Counted from the first letter of the stretch, positions 1-9,944 are shown. The stretch is DNA of 64,000 nt from a virus (IMGVR_UViG_3300045594_000116:32001-96000), one strand, 5' to 3'. Notes: generated from the letters alone by a model not told the origin. Numbers and translations are program-made.

Positions 1-230
1 TTTTAGTTGCTGATTGCACATTGTTCATACCACTTAGCACCATACAATTGTATGGCTTTTATTTCAGCATATGGCATCTATAGAGTTTCTTTCTAACTTT
101 CGTCGGCTATCACGCCTAGACTTTTTATCATCTTACGTTGTAGCATCTATAGCTTTAGCACTTCCCAGCAAATTTCAAGGGTGTATGCAGCACTCTGTTA
201 CCAGAATACTGAACTCGGACCTTTCGGTCA
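1..230 (-). other. Group I intron, 5' part only (continues beyond window start), interrupting the RNAP beta' gene
   Basis: The beta' ORF stops abruptly at ...LINRN|TGA, inside the conserved NRxPT motif, and the exon ends in U. The minus strand then shows a GACC-GAAA-GGUC hairpin, a P element AAAUUUGCUGGGAAG (161-175) and a Q element AAUCAGCAAC (6-15). UGCUG/CAGCA can form P4. Confidence 0.85.
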
Positions 231-1433
231 ATTTCTATTTATCAACATTGGTAAACCATCATCATGATCAATCAGGTTCTGAATGATCGCCAATACCCGA
301 TTATCTACAACCAATTGACTTCTGAACCATTGCATATATGCATCGGCATAAGCAATATTATATGTGCTACTAAGAACACGAATAATTGTCTGCTGCAGCA
401 ATTCTACCAAAGAGAAATACGACAGCTTAACCTGATCTGAACGCAATGTCGGATCAGGAACGATAATAAGTCTGGAAGTGAATGCACATCTACCGCCAAT
501 GAGTAGACGAATACTTCCTTTCTTATTTGCAAGAATCAATTCAATCTCACGATACAATTTGTTGTATCTCTCTTGGATATCCCAAAGTAGAGAGTTACAA
601 TACTTTGGTGTCTGAGCCATAGAGGTTGAATCGTCATTGAGTCGTCCAGCAAGCTTTGCCATCATATTGAAAAGAGAATTAGTTTTCTCAAATATGAATC
701 TCTTGCCATCTGTTTTGAATGCTCTAAGAAGAGTCGTATACACCGGGATATTATGGATGAAGATCAATTCTCTATTAGCAATGATATCATCATAATATTC
801 TTGTTTCTTCTTCTTATTCTTGTTATGAAAATACTCAAGAATCTCATCGAACTTCTCTTCGAACTCGATCATTCCGATTCCTTGGTAAGTTGGGTCTACC
901 TTTCTCTTGCGACGAGAATACTTACGCTTAGTCTTAGACTTCTGAAGTCTTTTGTCATATTGGTTTGCTGGCATGCCATCTTTATTAAGATCTACGTTCG
1001 GCTCGATGATCTCTTCTAAAGTTGCCTCGCCAAAATATGTTGCCACTGTCTTATACAGATTTGGATGGATAATAGCATGATGCTTCAGCGGAATCCAGCC
1101 AAAGATTTGAAAGTCATCACCAACGAATGTACACTCCGTATGGCAATGCTCACAATAGATATACCTGTTGTCTCTGCCTTTGAGAAATCCGCATTTACAG
1201 CTATACTTCTCTTCATATGCTTTCGGATCTTGCAAGGTGTGGCTAAAGCGAGTCGAACAAATACTATCAACGTCTTTGATAACTTTGTTGATTGCTTGTG
1301 GTTCTTTGATAAAGAACCCTTTGCCTGTCGCCATATCATGCTCCATCTCTTTATCGAGATTGATACGGGTCAAGCGTGCTTCGTAATCGTATTTAGAATT
1401 TCTTGGATATTCTAAATTTAGATTCAGTTCCAT
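228..1433 (-). CDS. Phage multisubunit RNA polymerase beta'-like subunit, N-terminal part (exon 1, ends at 231); probably non-virion RNAP
   Basis: Zn-binding CKCG...CEHC, GWI, IPV..R, KKGSIR..GGR, R.IIVP and NRN motifs match beta' regions A-C. Preceded by an early-type promoter and a GAGGAGG RBS. Confidence 0.88.
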   Translation of the reverse strand: MELNLNLEYPRNSKYDYEARLTRINLDKEMEHDMATGKGFFIKEPQAINKVIKDVDSICSTRFSHTLQDPKAYEEKYSCKCGFLKGRDNRYIYCEHCHTECTFVGDDFQIFGWIPLKHHAIIHPNLYKTVATYFGEATLEEIIEPNVDLNKDGMPANQYDKRLQKSKTKRKYSRRKRKVDPTYQGIGMIEFEEKFDEILEYFHNKNKKKKQEYYDDIIANRELIFIHNIPVYTTLLRAFKTDGKRFIFEKTNSLFNMMAKLAGRLNDDSTSMAQTPKYCNSLLWDIQERYNKLYREIELILANKKGSIRLLIGGRCAFTSRLIIVPDPTLRSDQVKLSYFSLVELLQQTIIRVLSSTYNIAYADAYMQWFRSQLVVDNRVLAIIQNLIDHDDGLPMLINRN

Positions 1434-1525
1434 TCACGTTCCTCCTCAGTATTCCTACCACTTTATTATGGGTTAATTAAGAAGTTGACATCTATATCAA
1501 ATTCTATATCTCCTTTCTTCATATC

Positions 1526-1536
1526 TATAATATATA
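1526..1536 (-). promoter_or_regulatory. Early-type promoter motif TATATATTATA upstream of the beta' gene
   Basis: The same motif recurs upstream of about 12 genes in the window. Confidence 0.65.
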
Positions 1537-1557
1537 GCTAAAAAATAAATAAGAGAT

Positions 1558-1569
1558 ACATAAGAGTAA
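1558..1569 (+). promoter_or_regulatory. Late-type promoter ACA-TAAGAG-TAA, antisense to cassette A
   Basis: Matches the ACA-N6-TAA consensus found upstream of structural genes. Confidence 0.6.
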
Positions 1570-1624
1570 AAAAGAAAGCGTTACTTCGGATACTTTCTTT
1601 TCTATAATCTTTTAGCGCACTGGC

Positions 1625-1789
1625 TTAAAGACTACACTTTTTATCGAGAGCTATCATAGACTGCTCAAGCAATTCAAGGAAACCTTGTTCGGCGTCCTTC
1701 TTACTGCTAAAGGTCTTAGATGACTCTTTGCGTTGTTCTGCTGTATACTCTACAGCATCGGAAATACTTCCGATTTGACTGAATCTCAT
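1625..1789 (-). CDS. Small cassette-encoded protein A (54 aa, KTFxSxxDA motif)
   Basis: AAGGAG RBS with ATG at 1789. Shares the TFxSxx[DE] motif with the cassette B and C peptides. Confidence 0.7.
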   Translation of the reverse strand: MRFSQIGSISDAVEYTAEQRKESSKTFSSKKDAEQGFLELLEQSMIALDKKCSL

Positions 1790-1918
1790 TTTAGTCATCT
1801 CCTTTCTTAGAAAGGACAAGACCCTCTGCCATTGTGCGGCAGAGGGATATCTTGTGCATTTTCTTTATTCAAGGATATTATATATAACTAAAATATTAGA
1901 CTCCATCAAAAAATAAAA

Positions 1919-1943
1919 CCCACTACTCGCAATGAGTAGTGGG
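1919..1943. terminator. Intrinsic terminator of the CCC(T/A)CTRC...GYAG(A/T)GGG palindrome family
   Basis: cccactactc-gcaat-gagtagtggg, with a T-run on the minus strand after ORF 1950-2162. Confidence 0.75.
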
Positions 1944-1949
1944 ATAATC

Positions 1950-2162
1950 TTACAGCTCGTCTACTTCAGCTTCTACCTTAGTATCAGTCGGCATGTTGAG
2001 TTTCAAGTCAACTTTGCGCGGCCCATAAGATACATAGTTCGTATCAGGCAATTTGTTTCCATCTACAAATACAGCCGTAATACGTACTCCTTCTTTGTCC
2101 ATCTCTTCCGGGACTACATAAATCCCACCAGCATCCAAATTCTTTACAAGCGCTACTCTCAT
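1950..2162 (-). CDS. Small late protein, beta-rich, possibly virion-associated
   Basis: AAGGAGG RBS and late promoter at 2185-2196. VFVDGNKL..Y resembles the repeats of ORF 4425-8519. Confidence 0.7.
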   Translation of the reverse strand: MRVALVKNLDAGGIYVVPEEMDKEGVRITAVFVDGNKLPDTNYVSYGPRKVDLKLNMPTDTKVEAEVDEL

Positions 2163-2213
2163 ATCTAATCTACCTCCTTACATATTACTTAAATGTACTA
2201 AATACCATTAAAA

Positions 2214-2225
2214 ACAGACTATTAA
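2214..2225 (+). promoter_or_regulatory. Late-type promoter ACA-GACTAT-TAA
   Basis: Consensus match upstream of the beta'-C gene. A divergent copy lies at 2185-2196. Confidence 0.6.
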
Positions 2226-2263
2226 AGAAATCTAGATTATAAATTAGAGATGGAGGTAATAAA

Positions 2264-3490
2264 ATGGCTGTAAAGCGTGTAAGCAAAGTCATTACCAATC
2301 CAGAAGATATAAAGTATCTTGTTGGTTTAACGCAGCATGATGTAGAAAAGTTATCCTTTATCATGGATAACTTCGGTGTTTTCAAAGGAAAGAAAAGATT
2401 CAATCCGTATGATGTAGTAACAATCCCAGCAGGTTCTTATGGTCCTGAAGGCAAGAAGAATAAAAATTCTTTCACCACTACAGTCGGAAGATATGTGTTC
2501 AACAAGATGTTTATTGAACAGGACTTATTCGATTTGTTTAAGTACATCAATGAGCCAGTAACAGATGACTTAGTAAGTGATATCAGTGATAGAATTTCTT
2601 TTGCTCTATTAGAAAATCAGGTAGAGCTGCCAGTTCTTAAACGTTTCCTTATGCGTTGTCAGAAATGCCAACCATATTCCAATGTACTTGCTCCATCCTT
2701 TACTCTCAAAATGCTCACCATGAGTAAAGAACTCGATAAGTTTAAGAAGCAATTATTGACCAAGCATGCTAAAGCTATTGAAGCTGGTGATGAAAAGGTA
2801 ACTGCTGATATCGAGAAGGCTCTATTGGATAAAGCTAAAGAGATTCTTAAAGATGATCCATCTATGGATATCTATGGATCTGGAGCTAAAGGCTCATTCA
2901 AAAACAACTTCAAGAATCTGTTCGTCATGCGTGGAGCTGTAAAAGATCCAGAAGTCGGTAAGGGATATGACATCATTACATCTAACTATATCGATGGAAT
3001 TAGCAAAGATGACTATGTAAAAGCAGCTAAGAGCTTAGCAGCTGGACCTTATAGCCGTGCGGTTGCTACACGAGTTGGTGGTTATTGGGAGAAGTTATTT
3101 TTGCGTGCATTCCAGCATATGAAGTTAGGTCCTGCTGGTAGTGACTGTGGAACTAAGAAGACAATTGAGATTACACTCACACCTAAGAATATAGATATGT
3201 GGATGTATAACTACATCGTAGAAGGAAGCAAGCTTGTAGAGCTGACTTATGAGATGCGTAGCAAATATATCGGAAAGACTGTAAGGATGCGGTATAGCTC
3301 TAGATGCGAGAGTGAACAGATTTGCAACAAGTGTGCTGGAAATATGTTCTATAGGCTTGGTCTTACAAATGTAGGTACTGCTACTCCTCAGATTGCTTCT
3401 AGACTTAAGGTTATCTCTCTTAAGGCATTCCATGATTCTCAGGTTAGACTTTATGACATTGATGTAGCTGATGCATTCAGTGATGATTAA
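2264..3490 (+). CDS. RNA polymerase beta'-like subunit, C-terminal part (probably virion RNAP)
   Basis: TTVGR, SGAKG, SNYIDG, T..GGY, DCGT, RC...ICNKCAG and NVG...FH match beta' regions E-G. Late promoter upstream. Confidence 0.88.
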   Translation: MAVKRVSKVITNPEDIKYLVGLTQHDVEKLSFIMDNFGVFKGKKRFNPYDVVTIPAGSYGPEGKKNKNSFTTTVGRYVFNKMFIEQDLFDLFKYINEPVTDDLVSDISDRISFALLENQVELPVLKRFLMRCQKCQPYSNVLAPSFTLKMLTMSKELDKFKKQLLTKHAKAIEAGDEKVTADIEKALLDKAKEILKDDPSMDIYGSGAKGSFKNNFKNLFVMRGAVKDPEVGKGYDIITSNYIDGISKDDYVKAAKSLAAGPYSRAVATRVGGYWEKLFLRAFQHMKLGPAGSDCGTKKTIEITLTPKNIDMWMYNYIVEGSKLVELTYEMRSKYIGKTVRMRYSSRCESEQICNKCAGNMFYRLGLTNVGTATPQIASRLKVISLKAFHDSQVRLYDIDVADAFSDD

Positions 3491-3502
3491 AAGACAAAAT
3501 AT

Positions 3503-3526
3503 TCCCCATAGCATTACGCTATGGGG
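3503..3526. terminator. Bidirectional terminator between convergent genes
   Basis: tccccatagc-attac-gctatgggga. Confidence 0.75.
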
Positions 3527-3539
3527 ATATTATTTTGAT

Positions 3540-4373
3540 TTAGAAGTAAACCGAGTAATCGATATGAATTCCTTTACGAAGGTCAATAAGAGTTTCGTTA
3601 GGGAAGTTGAGTCTCGTCATTGGACGAATATCCTGATAGACTGGATATCCAGAGATGGTCTTTTTCCATCCAAGACATAACGAGATAGAGTTGATTCGTG
3701 CATCATTGATACCAGTTGTAGCAATGAAGTAATCACGAATGTCTGAGGTCGTAATAGACATCTGCATGTTTACTACTGTATATGCTGGGAGCAATGATGT
3801 ACTCTTATAAATGGTTCCATCAATAGGAGTGCCATCTTCAAGATACTGGTTTAACACAGGTGCTGCATCAAACGTCTTGAAGTAGTATGCAAAGAAAGTA
3901 TTTCCAATGGTCTTTCTTCCCATATATGTAGAGTTACGCTCTGAATCGCTCAGATCTTTAGTCTGAGGTCTATATTGAAAAGGAACTATATGATCTTCAT
4001 CGATCCAGTGTTTATAGTCCTCCTCAACAACAGCAGAGTTCTCACGCCCACAACCATCTACACCTACGCAGAACAAGCATGTTTTATAAGTATCTCCAGG
4101 AACCGTCGTATTGATAGTATTATCAAGAGATAATGCATTGTTATATGATGGGGTTACTTCTGTTCCAGGAAGGTCAAACATCGATCTAGCTAAAAAGCCG
4201 GCTCCGGCTAATGTGATTTTATTGTGTATTCCTTCAAAGATAACCTCTCCAAGGTCATTAGTTATATTGACAATTCCGCCTTTTGGTAGGGCATCTTTAT
4301 CAAGACTAATTATTGAGCTTTTTTCATTGAGGCTAAGATTATCTTTCAAAGGAAGCAACTTATAACTGTTCAT
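3540..4373 (-). CDS. Putative virion structural (baseplate/tail) protein
   Basis: 277-aa ORF with RBS and late promoter (4398-4409), next to a baseplate-like gene. The N-terminal HNKITLAG motif is typical of tail/baseplate proteins. Confidence 0.6.
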   Translation of the reverse strand: MNSYKLLPLKDNLSLNEKSSIISLDKDALPKGGIVNITNDLGEVIFEGIHNKITLAGAGFLARSMFDLPGTEVTPSYNNALSLDNTINTTVPGDTYKTCLFCVGVDGCGRENSAVVEEDYKHWIDEDHIVPFQYRPQTKDLSDSERNSTYMGRKTIGNTFFAYYFKTFDAAPVLNQYLEDGTPIDGTIYKSTSLLPAYTVVNMQMSITTSDIRDYFIATTGINDARINSISLCLGWKKTISGYPVYQDIRPMTRLNFPNETLIDLRKGIHIDYSVYF

Positions 4374-4424
4374 TAGTTACTCTCCTCTCTGTTCAAATTA
4401 TTACTATGTTTTCACAATGCCTTA

Positions 4425-7400
4425 TTACGTAAAGGTATACCTAAATGAAGCATTGTCATTGAATCCTACTTTATCATCCTTATGAAGAGTAACCAATGAC
4501 TTTGTAACTTCCCTAGATTTCATATAGTCGAGTTTGCTTAAAGAAACAATTGTATCTTTAGTATCGTTAAACCTGATTGTAGATGTATCTGGATCGTTAC
4601 CTATCGTAAAGTCTACGTTCATCTCATGAAGAATAACCTTATATGACTTAAAGAAATTAATCATAGTGAACAGATACTGGAGGAGATATTCGGCTGACAC
4701 GCCAGGGAACTGATTGTAGATATACTTGAACTCTTTAGAATCCAGATACTGCTCAAGGATATATACGATATCTGAAATAATCGTAACTATCTGGTTCTCT
4801 CTAGATTCTTTATCGTCAATCGATGTAATTGAAATGATAGAAGTATACAGTACATTGTCTTCTTCTTTCAAGAATTCAGTATAGGTAGGGGCTATTGTAC
4901 CATCTGCAAGTTTAAAGAACTCGAGATTATACTTCCATACCATTAGACTATCATACATCTTTTTCCATATGGAATAGATATCATAGTTTGGAGCTTCTCT
5001 CATTCCATGAACAATCGTCTTCCAAACGCTCTTGTTAGTCTTATAGATCTTGACAAACTCTTTCATATCTGGAATCTGTGTTTCTTCTTCCATAAACCCA
5101 AATACATCATAATCTGTCCAGAGCCTTCTATTATCCAAAATATACTGCTTTAGAGCCCCTAAGTCAGATCTAAAGTTAAATCCTTTTACCCACATTGCCT
5201 GAGTAGGAGAATCCATAATTTTATCGGTTATCCCGCTAAAGTTATGAGCCAGAGCCGTCATATACACGAACAGATCAGCTAACTTAAATTTCTTATTAGG
5301 AGAGATGGTGGGGATTTCAAACGTCAACAAGTTCTCTTTGAATACGTCGTCATAGAGCATATTATAGAAATAAGGAATCTGAAAAGCCATCTCAGTAAGA
5401 TCAACCACATAATCTATTGTCATATATTTGGTTCTTGCATAGTTAAATGGTCTCTTAAGTATCTGAGCTTTCAAAGCCTCATGAACATTATCGACATTGT
5501 CATCTCCATCCCAGAATTTATCAGATAGAGTAACGCTATCATATGTACGTACTCCCTTCTGATTCTTTAAGTATTCTAATGGATGCTTACTATCCAAAGG
5601 AATTCTTACGAACTTAAGATCAGCATCTTTACTGAAATCTTCAGTAGATTCAGTATTGATGTATGGTGCATAGTTCTTGTAGATAAAGGTAAACGTCATA
5701 GATGAATATTGCTTTACATCTGTAGGCTTGATAAAAAGCATGGTATTGTTCAGATATTCAAACTTACTTTCATCTATAAGCTGTTTGTTCGAATCGGCGA
5801 ATAACGGCCAATCATTCTCAATGTAATCATCGAAAGGAACCGGAACCTCTATATCAAGATCTGGATTTGGGAGGTTGAAGTTCAATGGAACCGTAAGTTC
5901 TTTTACCGTGAGCAATTTAGTCTGATCGATGAGATACTTATTATTGAATACGAATAATGCAACCAGTACATCACCTTTCTTAACTGTCATTCCTTCAACA
6001 GTTACATTGTACTGATTGATAGTAATTCTATCATATGGTACTAATCTAGATTTATGGAAGAGAAGGAATCCCTGTCCTGTTTCCAGATATGGATAGAATG
6101 GGAAATTCAGATAGAATACTGATTGCCCATCGGATTCAGCAGTCATATACTGCTCTTTTATCTTTACGCTATTCTCAGATTCTGCATTATACATAAACGT
6201 CAGATTTACTCTCTGTCCTTTAAAAGGAAGAATATCTTTGTTCGTTATTGTTACCTTAGACTTATCAGAAGAAAGATAATAGTCTTTTCCTTCTTCCATG
6301 ATGTATCCATTTGAATCTATAAACAGCTGATTTCCTTTAAGGAAATAATTCTCAGTCGGATAAGATATATCGTACGTATCTTGATACTTAGATTGAGCTA
6401 CGCGATAGTCATGTCCAACTACGATATTTTCTTCTGTAGGTCCATAAATATAATGAATCTTCATTACTTCTCCAGGATGTAATCCGATAGCTATATCTCT
6501 GAACTGCAGCTTATTTGTATAAACGTCATAGTATTCATCTGATAAGAACCATCCTCTAAGCTCTACATATACTCTATATCCAAACTTAAGATACTGAGCT
6601 ATTGGAAACTGCAGATCAAATTCGCATTGAAAATAATCTGTAGCCACTATAGTTTGAACCGAATGCATAATATTTACAGGTGTGTAAATAGAGTGCTTAG
6701 AATACAAGAAGTTGAATGTAACAGCTCTTCCAGCAAGCATCTTTATATCAGAGAGGTCAATTGTCCCATCAAGATTTATCGTATATCTTCTAGGGTCAAT
6801 CATGGTATTACCAATAGTAATAAAGAACTGATTACCATTGATAGTATAATTCTTAAATGGTTCAGGTATTGCAAATTTAGTTTGACCACGTACATAGGCG
6901 ACAGAATTTACTTTCTTAAAGTAAGTAACAAACTTGTTGCCATATATGTAAATCAACGTTATCGGTCGACCTTTAAGAACATAGTTGTCAATGACATCAA
7001 TAGTCTTATCATTGATTGTATAGAAGTTAGGATTGAGCGGATGCCCATCCAATACCACTATCACTTGATTTCCATCGATAAAATAGCTTGAATATGGAGC
7101 ATGGAATTCAAGAGAGTTGCTGGTAGCAACTATATCTTCATATACCATATTCACTCCATTATCTTTATCTGGAATGAAGTCTGTAGTCATTGTAGTTTTA
7201 TCATAATAGAATTCATATTCTATTTCAGAATGACCAGCATTAGAGTTATTTAAGAACCTAATCTTGTCATAGTTGTAGATCTCATAGTCTATATTCTCTA
7301 CCAATTTATGTCCATCTAAGAAAATGAATAAGACATTGCCTTTCTGTAAAAACCATGAGAAAGGAAATGGAACCGTATCATTCGTAATAGTGGCTTTAGT

Positions 7401-8519
7401 CTCCTGATGAAGAACGGTAGTATTATCTACAGATGTGATTGTCGTAGCAAGGTTGTATAGATAGTTACCCCATGCATCAGCCTTACGGTCTTTAAGAAGA
7501 TAGTATTTGAATACCTGAATATCTCCACAGCCAAACAGATCTATGAAGTTAAGCATTCCTTGCATGCATGATTTGTTACGTATAAGGTTATTTACCTGCT
7601 TAACCATTCTAGTCTGATACATTAATGGAATAGAATGATAATATGGAATACCATATTGCTGGAAAATAAACTCGATACATCTAGCATCAAGAATATCTCT
7701 TTTCAGAATATCATCCTGAACTTCTGATATCATATCTACCATTGTCATTAGCATTATCATGATTCCCATGAAGTTATCATAATAATCTGATTCCGTAGCA
7801 AAGGCCTCACTGTACATAGAATGAATCATGAACGCCCTATTCAAGGCATACTTAGAGTCGAACTTTTCATCGATTTCAACGATTCCGGTACTAGGCCTAT
7901 ATAATACCTGGTAGTCGAACGCTTTGCGTGCTTTATACGCTGTAATACCACATGTGCAGTATTGTAGATAAGAAGCATTCGGATAGTCAGCTTTAATTTG
8001 ATCAAGGATTCCATAGGAATCGAGCATCCGACATGCCTTATAACCTATATCATGGATATAGGTTCCATCAAATTCATTGCCATCTGGGATAAGATATTCA
8101 TAGTTCTTTATAGGAATACCATAATCTCCGATGTTAGGTAAACCCATAAGTTTTCTATAGTAGTTATTATTTTCGATATAGTTGTCGAGAAACTTTTTCT
8201 GCCCAATAGCAGTAAGTTTATCTCTATACTTATCAGGAATTTTGGAGTTATGCAAAGCATAATCTCTCAGATCTTCTTTCGGTACACCGGCATTTGATAA
8301 ATCAGTTTCGTCGTATTCATAGAGAGGGAATGAACCTCTACCTTCATACGAGATTATATATAGATCTCCTTCCTTAATGCTCTTAGTTGTTTCTGCTTGA
8401 TCTGCATCTCTACTAAGTTTAACGACAGAATTGTACGCCAAATACTTTGTAAAGTACAGCAAAGAATCGATAAAAGGATTCTCTGTATATATTTTCTGTA
8501 TCGATATACTAGATAGCAC
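4425..8519 (-). CDS. Putative baseplate wedge / tail protein with tandem beta-sandwich repeats
   Basis: 1364 aa. The central part has repeated 'V..G..L....Y.I....I.F......I.F.Y' units. Late promoter at 8545-8556. Confidence 0.6.
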   Translation of the reverse strand: MLSSISIQKIYTENPFIDSLLYFTKYLAYNSVVKLSRDADQAETTKSIKEGDLYIISYEGRGSFPLYEYDETDLSNAGVPKEDLRDYALHNSKIPDKYRDKLTAIGQKKFLDNYIENNNYYRKLMGLPNIGDYGIPIKNYEYLIPDGNEFDGTYIHDIGYKACRMLDSYGILDQIKADYPNASYLQYCTCGITAYKARKAFDYQVLYRPSTGIVEIDEKFDSKYALNRAFMIHSMYSEAFATESDYYDNFMGIMIMLMTMVDMISEVQDDILKRDILDARCIEFIFQQYGIPYYHSIPLMYQTRMVKQVNNLIRNKSCMQGMLNFIDLFGCGDIQVFKYYLLKDRKADAWGNYLYNLATTITSVDNTTVLHQETKATITNDTVPFPFSWFLQKGNVLFIFLDGHKLVENIDYEIYNYDKIRFLNNSNAGHSEIEYEFYYDKTTMTTDFIPDKDNGVNMVYEDIVATSNSLEFHAPYSSYFIDGNQVIVVLDGHPLNPNFYTINDKTIDVIDNYVLKGRPITLIYIYGNKFVTYFKKVNSVAYVRGQTKFAIPEPFKNYTINGNQFFITIGNTMIDPRRYTINLDGTIDLSDIKMLAGRAVTFNFLYSKHSIYTPVNIMHSVQTIVATDYFQCEFDLQFPIAQYLKFGYRVYVELRGWFLSDEYYDVYTNKLQFRDIAIGLHPGEVMKIHYIYGPTEENIVVGHDYRVAQSKYQDTYDISYPTENYFLKGNQLFIDSNGYIMEEGKDYYLSSDKSKVTITNKDILPFKGQRVNLTFMYNAESENSVKIKEQYMTAESDGQSVFYLNFPFYPYLETGQGFLLFHKSRLVPYDRITINQYNVTVEGMTVKKGDVLVALFVFNNKYLIDQTKLLTVKELTVPLNFNLPNPDLDIEVPVPFDDYIENDWPLFADSNKQLIDESKFEYLNNTMLFIKPTDVKQYSSMTFTFIYKNYAPYINTESTEDFSKDADLKFVRIPLDSKHPLEYLKNQKGVRTYDSVTLSDKFWDGDDNVDNVHEALKAQILKRPFNYARTKYMTIDYVVDLTEMAFQIPYFYNMLYDDVFKENLLTFEIPTISPNKKFKLADLFVYMTALAHNFSGITDKIMDSPTQAMWVKGFNFRSDLGALKQYILDNRRLWTDYDVFGFMEEETQIPDMKEFVKIYKTNKSVWKTIVHGMREAPNYDIYSIWKKMYDSLMVWKYNLEFFKLADGTIAPTYTEFLKEEDNVLYTSIISITSIDDKESRENQIVTIISDIVYILEQYLDSKEFKYIYNQFPGVSAEYLLQYLFTMINFFKSYKVILHEMNVDFTIGNDPDTSTIRFNDTKDTIVSLSKLDYMKSREVTKSLVTLHKDDKVGFNDNASFRYTFT

Positions 8520-8612
8520 CTTTAATCCCCCTTTTCTTCGATTATTAATAATATGTAACCAGGGTTACTTTAGGCGACATATCAGTAATTAACCATATTG
8601 GAGGTAATTACA

Positions 8613-9332
8613 ATGAATGAAGTTCCTCAGATGAATCCGACAGACTATCCTGACCTGTTTGTCTACAATGATTCTAATCCGACTATGTCCTCTCCTAACG
8701 CTGGTTATGATATCAGTATGGCCCAGACTAGAGAAACTCTTGAAGATATAGAGTTCTATAAAAATTTCATAAAGAATGCCATTTCTCAGTTTAGACACTC
8801 TAAGCTGTATCGGCATTATAAAGCTCATCTCATGTCAGAGATTGGTATCAATTGCTGTCAGTATCACTCTAATATCAAATCAGGTGAGGAGGAAGAGATG
8901 GCAACGATTGAGATGCATCATCATATTCTTACGATATTTGATATCGCCTTTATCATTACAGAGCATGTGATCAACAGTGGTGGTTGTATTACTACATTCG
9001 ATCTTATCAAGATGCTGGGTATCGAACACACAGAGCATAGAGTAGCAACTGTCATGCTTTGCAAAACATGTCATCAGTTGCAGCACCATGACCCAAGTTT
9101 CTTCCTTCCAACTAATATGGTATTTGGAAATTGGGTTGAATTCCTTCAGAGATATCAGCGTGGTGTAAGTAGAGATATCTATTACAAGATTCTCCATACT
9201 TTGAAGAAAGAACTCACTATGTATGATCCGAGTGAAAAACGTGCACTTCAACTATTAAGTATAGCAAATACGTTAGAAGATTGGAGTGCTAAGAATGCAT
9301 ACTTTTTTGGAGAGAGTGGCATCAATATGTAA
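8613..9332 (+). CDS. HNH-like (His-Me finger) protein
   Basis: IEMHH...LCKTCHQLQH; paralogous to 19093-19824. GGAGG RBS favours the ATG at 8613. Late promoter at 8577-8588. Confidence 0.6.
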   Translation: MNEVPQMNPTDYPDLFVYNDSNPTMSSPNAGYDISMAQTRETLEDIEFYKNFIKNAISQFRHSKLYRHYKAHLMSEIGINCCQYHSNIKSGEEEEMATIEMHHHILTIFDIAFIITEHVINSGGCITTFDLIKMLGIEHTEHRVATVMLCKTCHQLQHHDPSFFLPTNMVFGNWVEFLQRYQRGVSRDIYYKILHTLKKELTMYDPSEKRALQLLSIANTLEDWSAKNAYFFGESGINM

Positions 9333-9909
9333 TGCCACAAAACAATTCATGATTGATAAGTTTTTTACAGCGGTGATTAATAAGTACGTCTCGTTGATTG
9401 TGCTTTTTACTATTGGGATTTATCTTGACATTACCCGTATTGCATTATACAGTGCATTCATTTTCATCGCACTGATGATCAAGCAGTTTATCGATGCTAA
9501 GACAGTTGCTTACAGAGTAGAATATTTTGATAAAGAGTCCCCAACACTGTTGAAGAGCCTCATTGCTGATGCGATAAATCAATACTATATTTATCACTTT
9601 AGCAATATGACCGGAGCTATTCCTTATATCAATTCTAAGCAAGAGATAGAGATCAATCATGGAGTGATGGATATTCTTCTTACTAGACTTGAAGGATCGG
9701 CTATGCTTGATAAGTTCAACTTATACTATGGAAAGAATTTCATGGAAGTGCTTGTTGTTCAGGTTAACTTGATAGTGACTGAGTTTGTTGTTAATCTTAA
9801 TGGTATGGAGCCGGCTAGAAAGAAAAAGGCTAGAGTTGGAAATATGATGAATGAAGATAAGAACTTGGGAAGTTTCTTAGCTGATATGGGTTTTGAAAAG
9901 TTGAGATAA
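9286..9909 (+). CDS. Membrane protein with two N-terminal hydrophobic helices; start uncertain
   Basis: Hydrophobic segments YVSLIVLFTIGIYL and IALYSAFIFIALMI. Confidence 0.6.
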   Translation: MLRMHTFLERVASICNATKQFMIDKFFTAVINKYVSLIVLFTIGIYLDITRIALYSAFIFIALMIKQFIDAKTVAYRVEYFDKESPTLLKSLIADAINQYYIYHFSNMTGAIPYINSKQEIEINHGVMDILLTRLEGSAMLDKFNLYYGKNFMEVLVVQVNLIVTEFVVNLNGMEPARKKKARVGNMMNEDKNLGSFLADMGFEKLR

Positions 9910-9921
9910 AAAAAAAATAAA

Positions 9922-9944
9922 AGGGATGGCGTAATGCCATCCCT
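9922..9944. terminator. Bidirectional terminator
   Basis: agggatggc-gtaat-gccatccct between convergent genes, flanked by A/T runs. Confidence 0.75.

Larger units (their letters stand above)
1540..1890 (-). repeat. Mini-gene cassette copy A (early promoter, hairpin leader, small ORF, conserved 3' hairpin, antisense late promoter)
   Basis: 1540-1602 is a 63-bp exact reverse complement of 39782-39844. The architecture is shared with 31559-31916 and 39483-39844. Confidence 0.85.

Noticed and set aside
228-230. TGA recoding or a pseudogene at the end of the beta' ORF
   Set aside because: Other genes are intact under the standard code and use TGA as a stop. Group I intron motifs explain the break.
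1540-1602. IS/transposon terminal inverted repeats pairing with 39782-39844
   Set aside because: No transposase or target-site duplication is present, and the sequence is part of a three-copy cassette.
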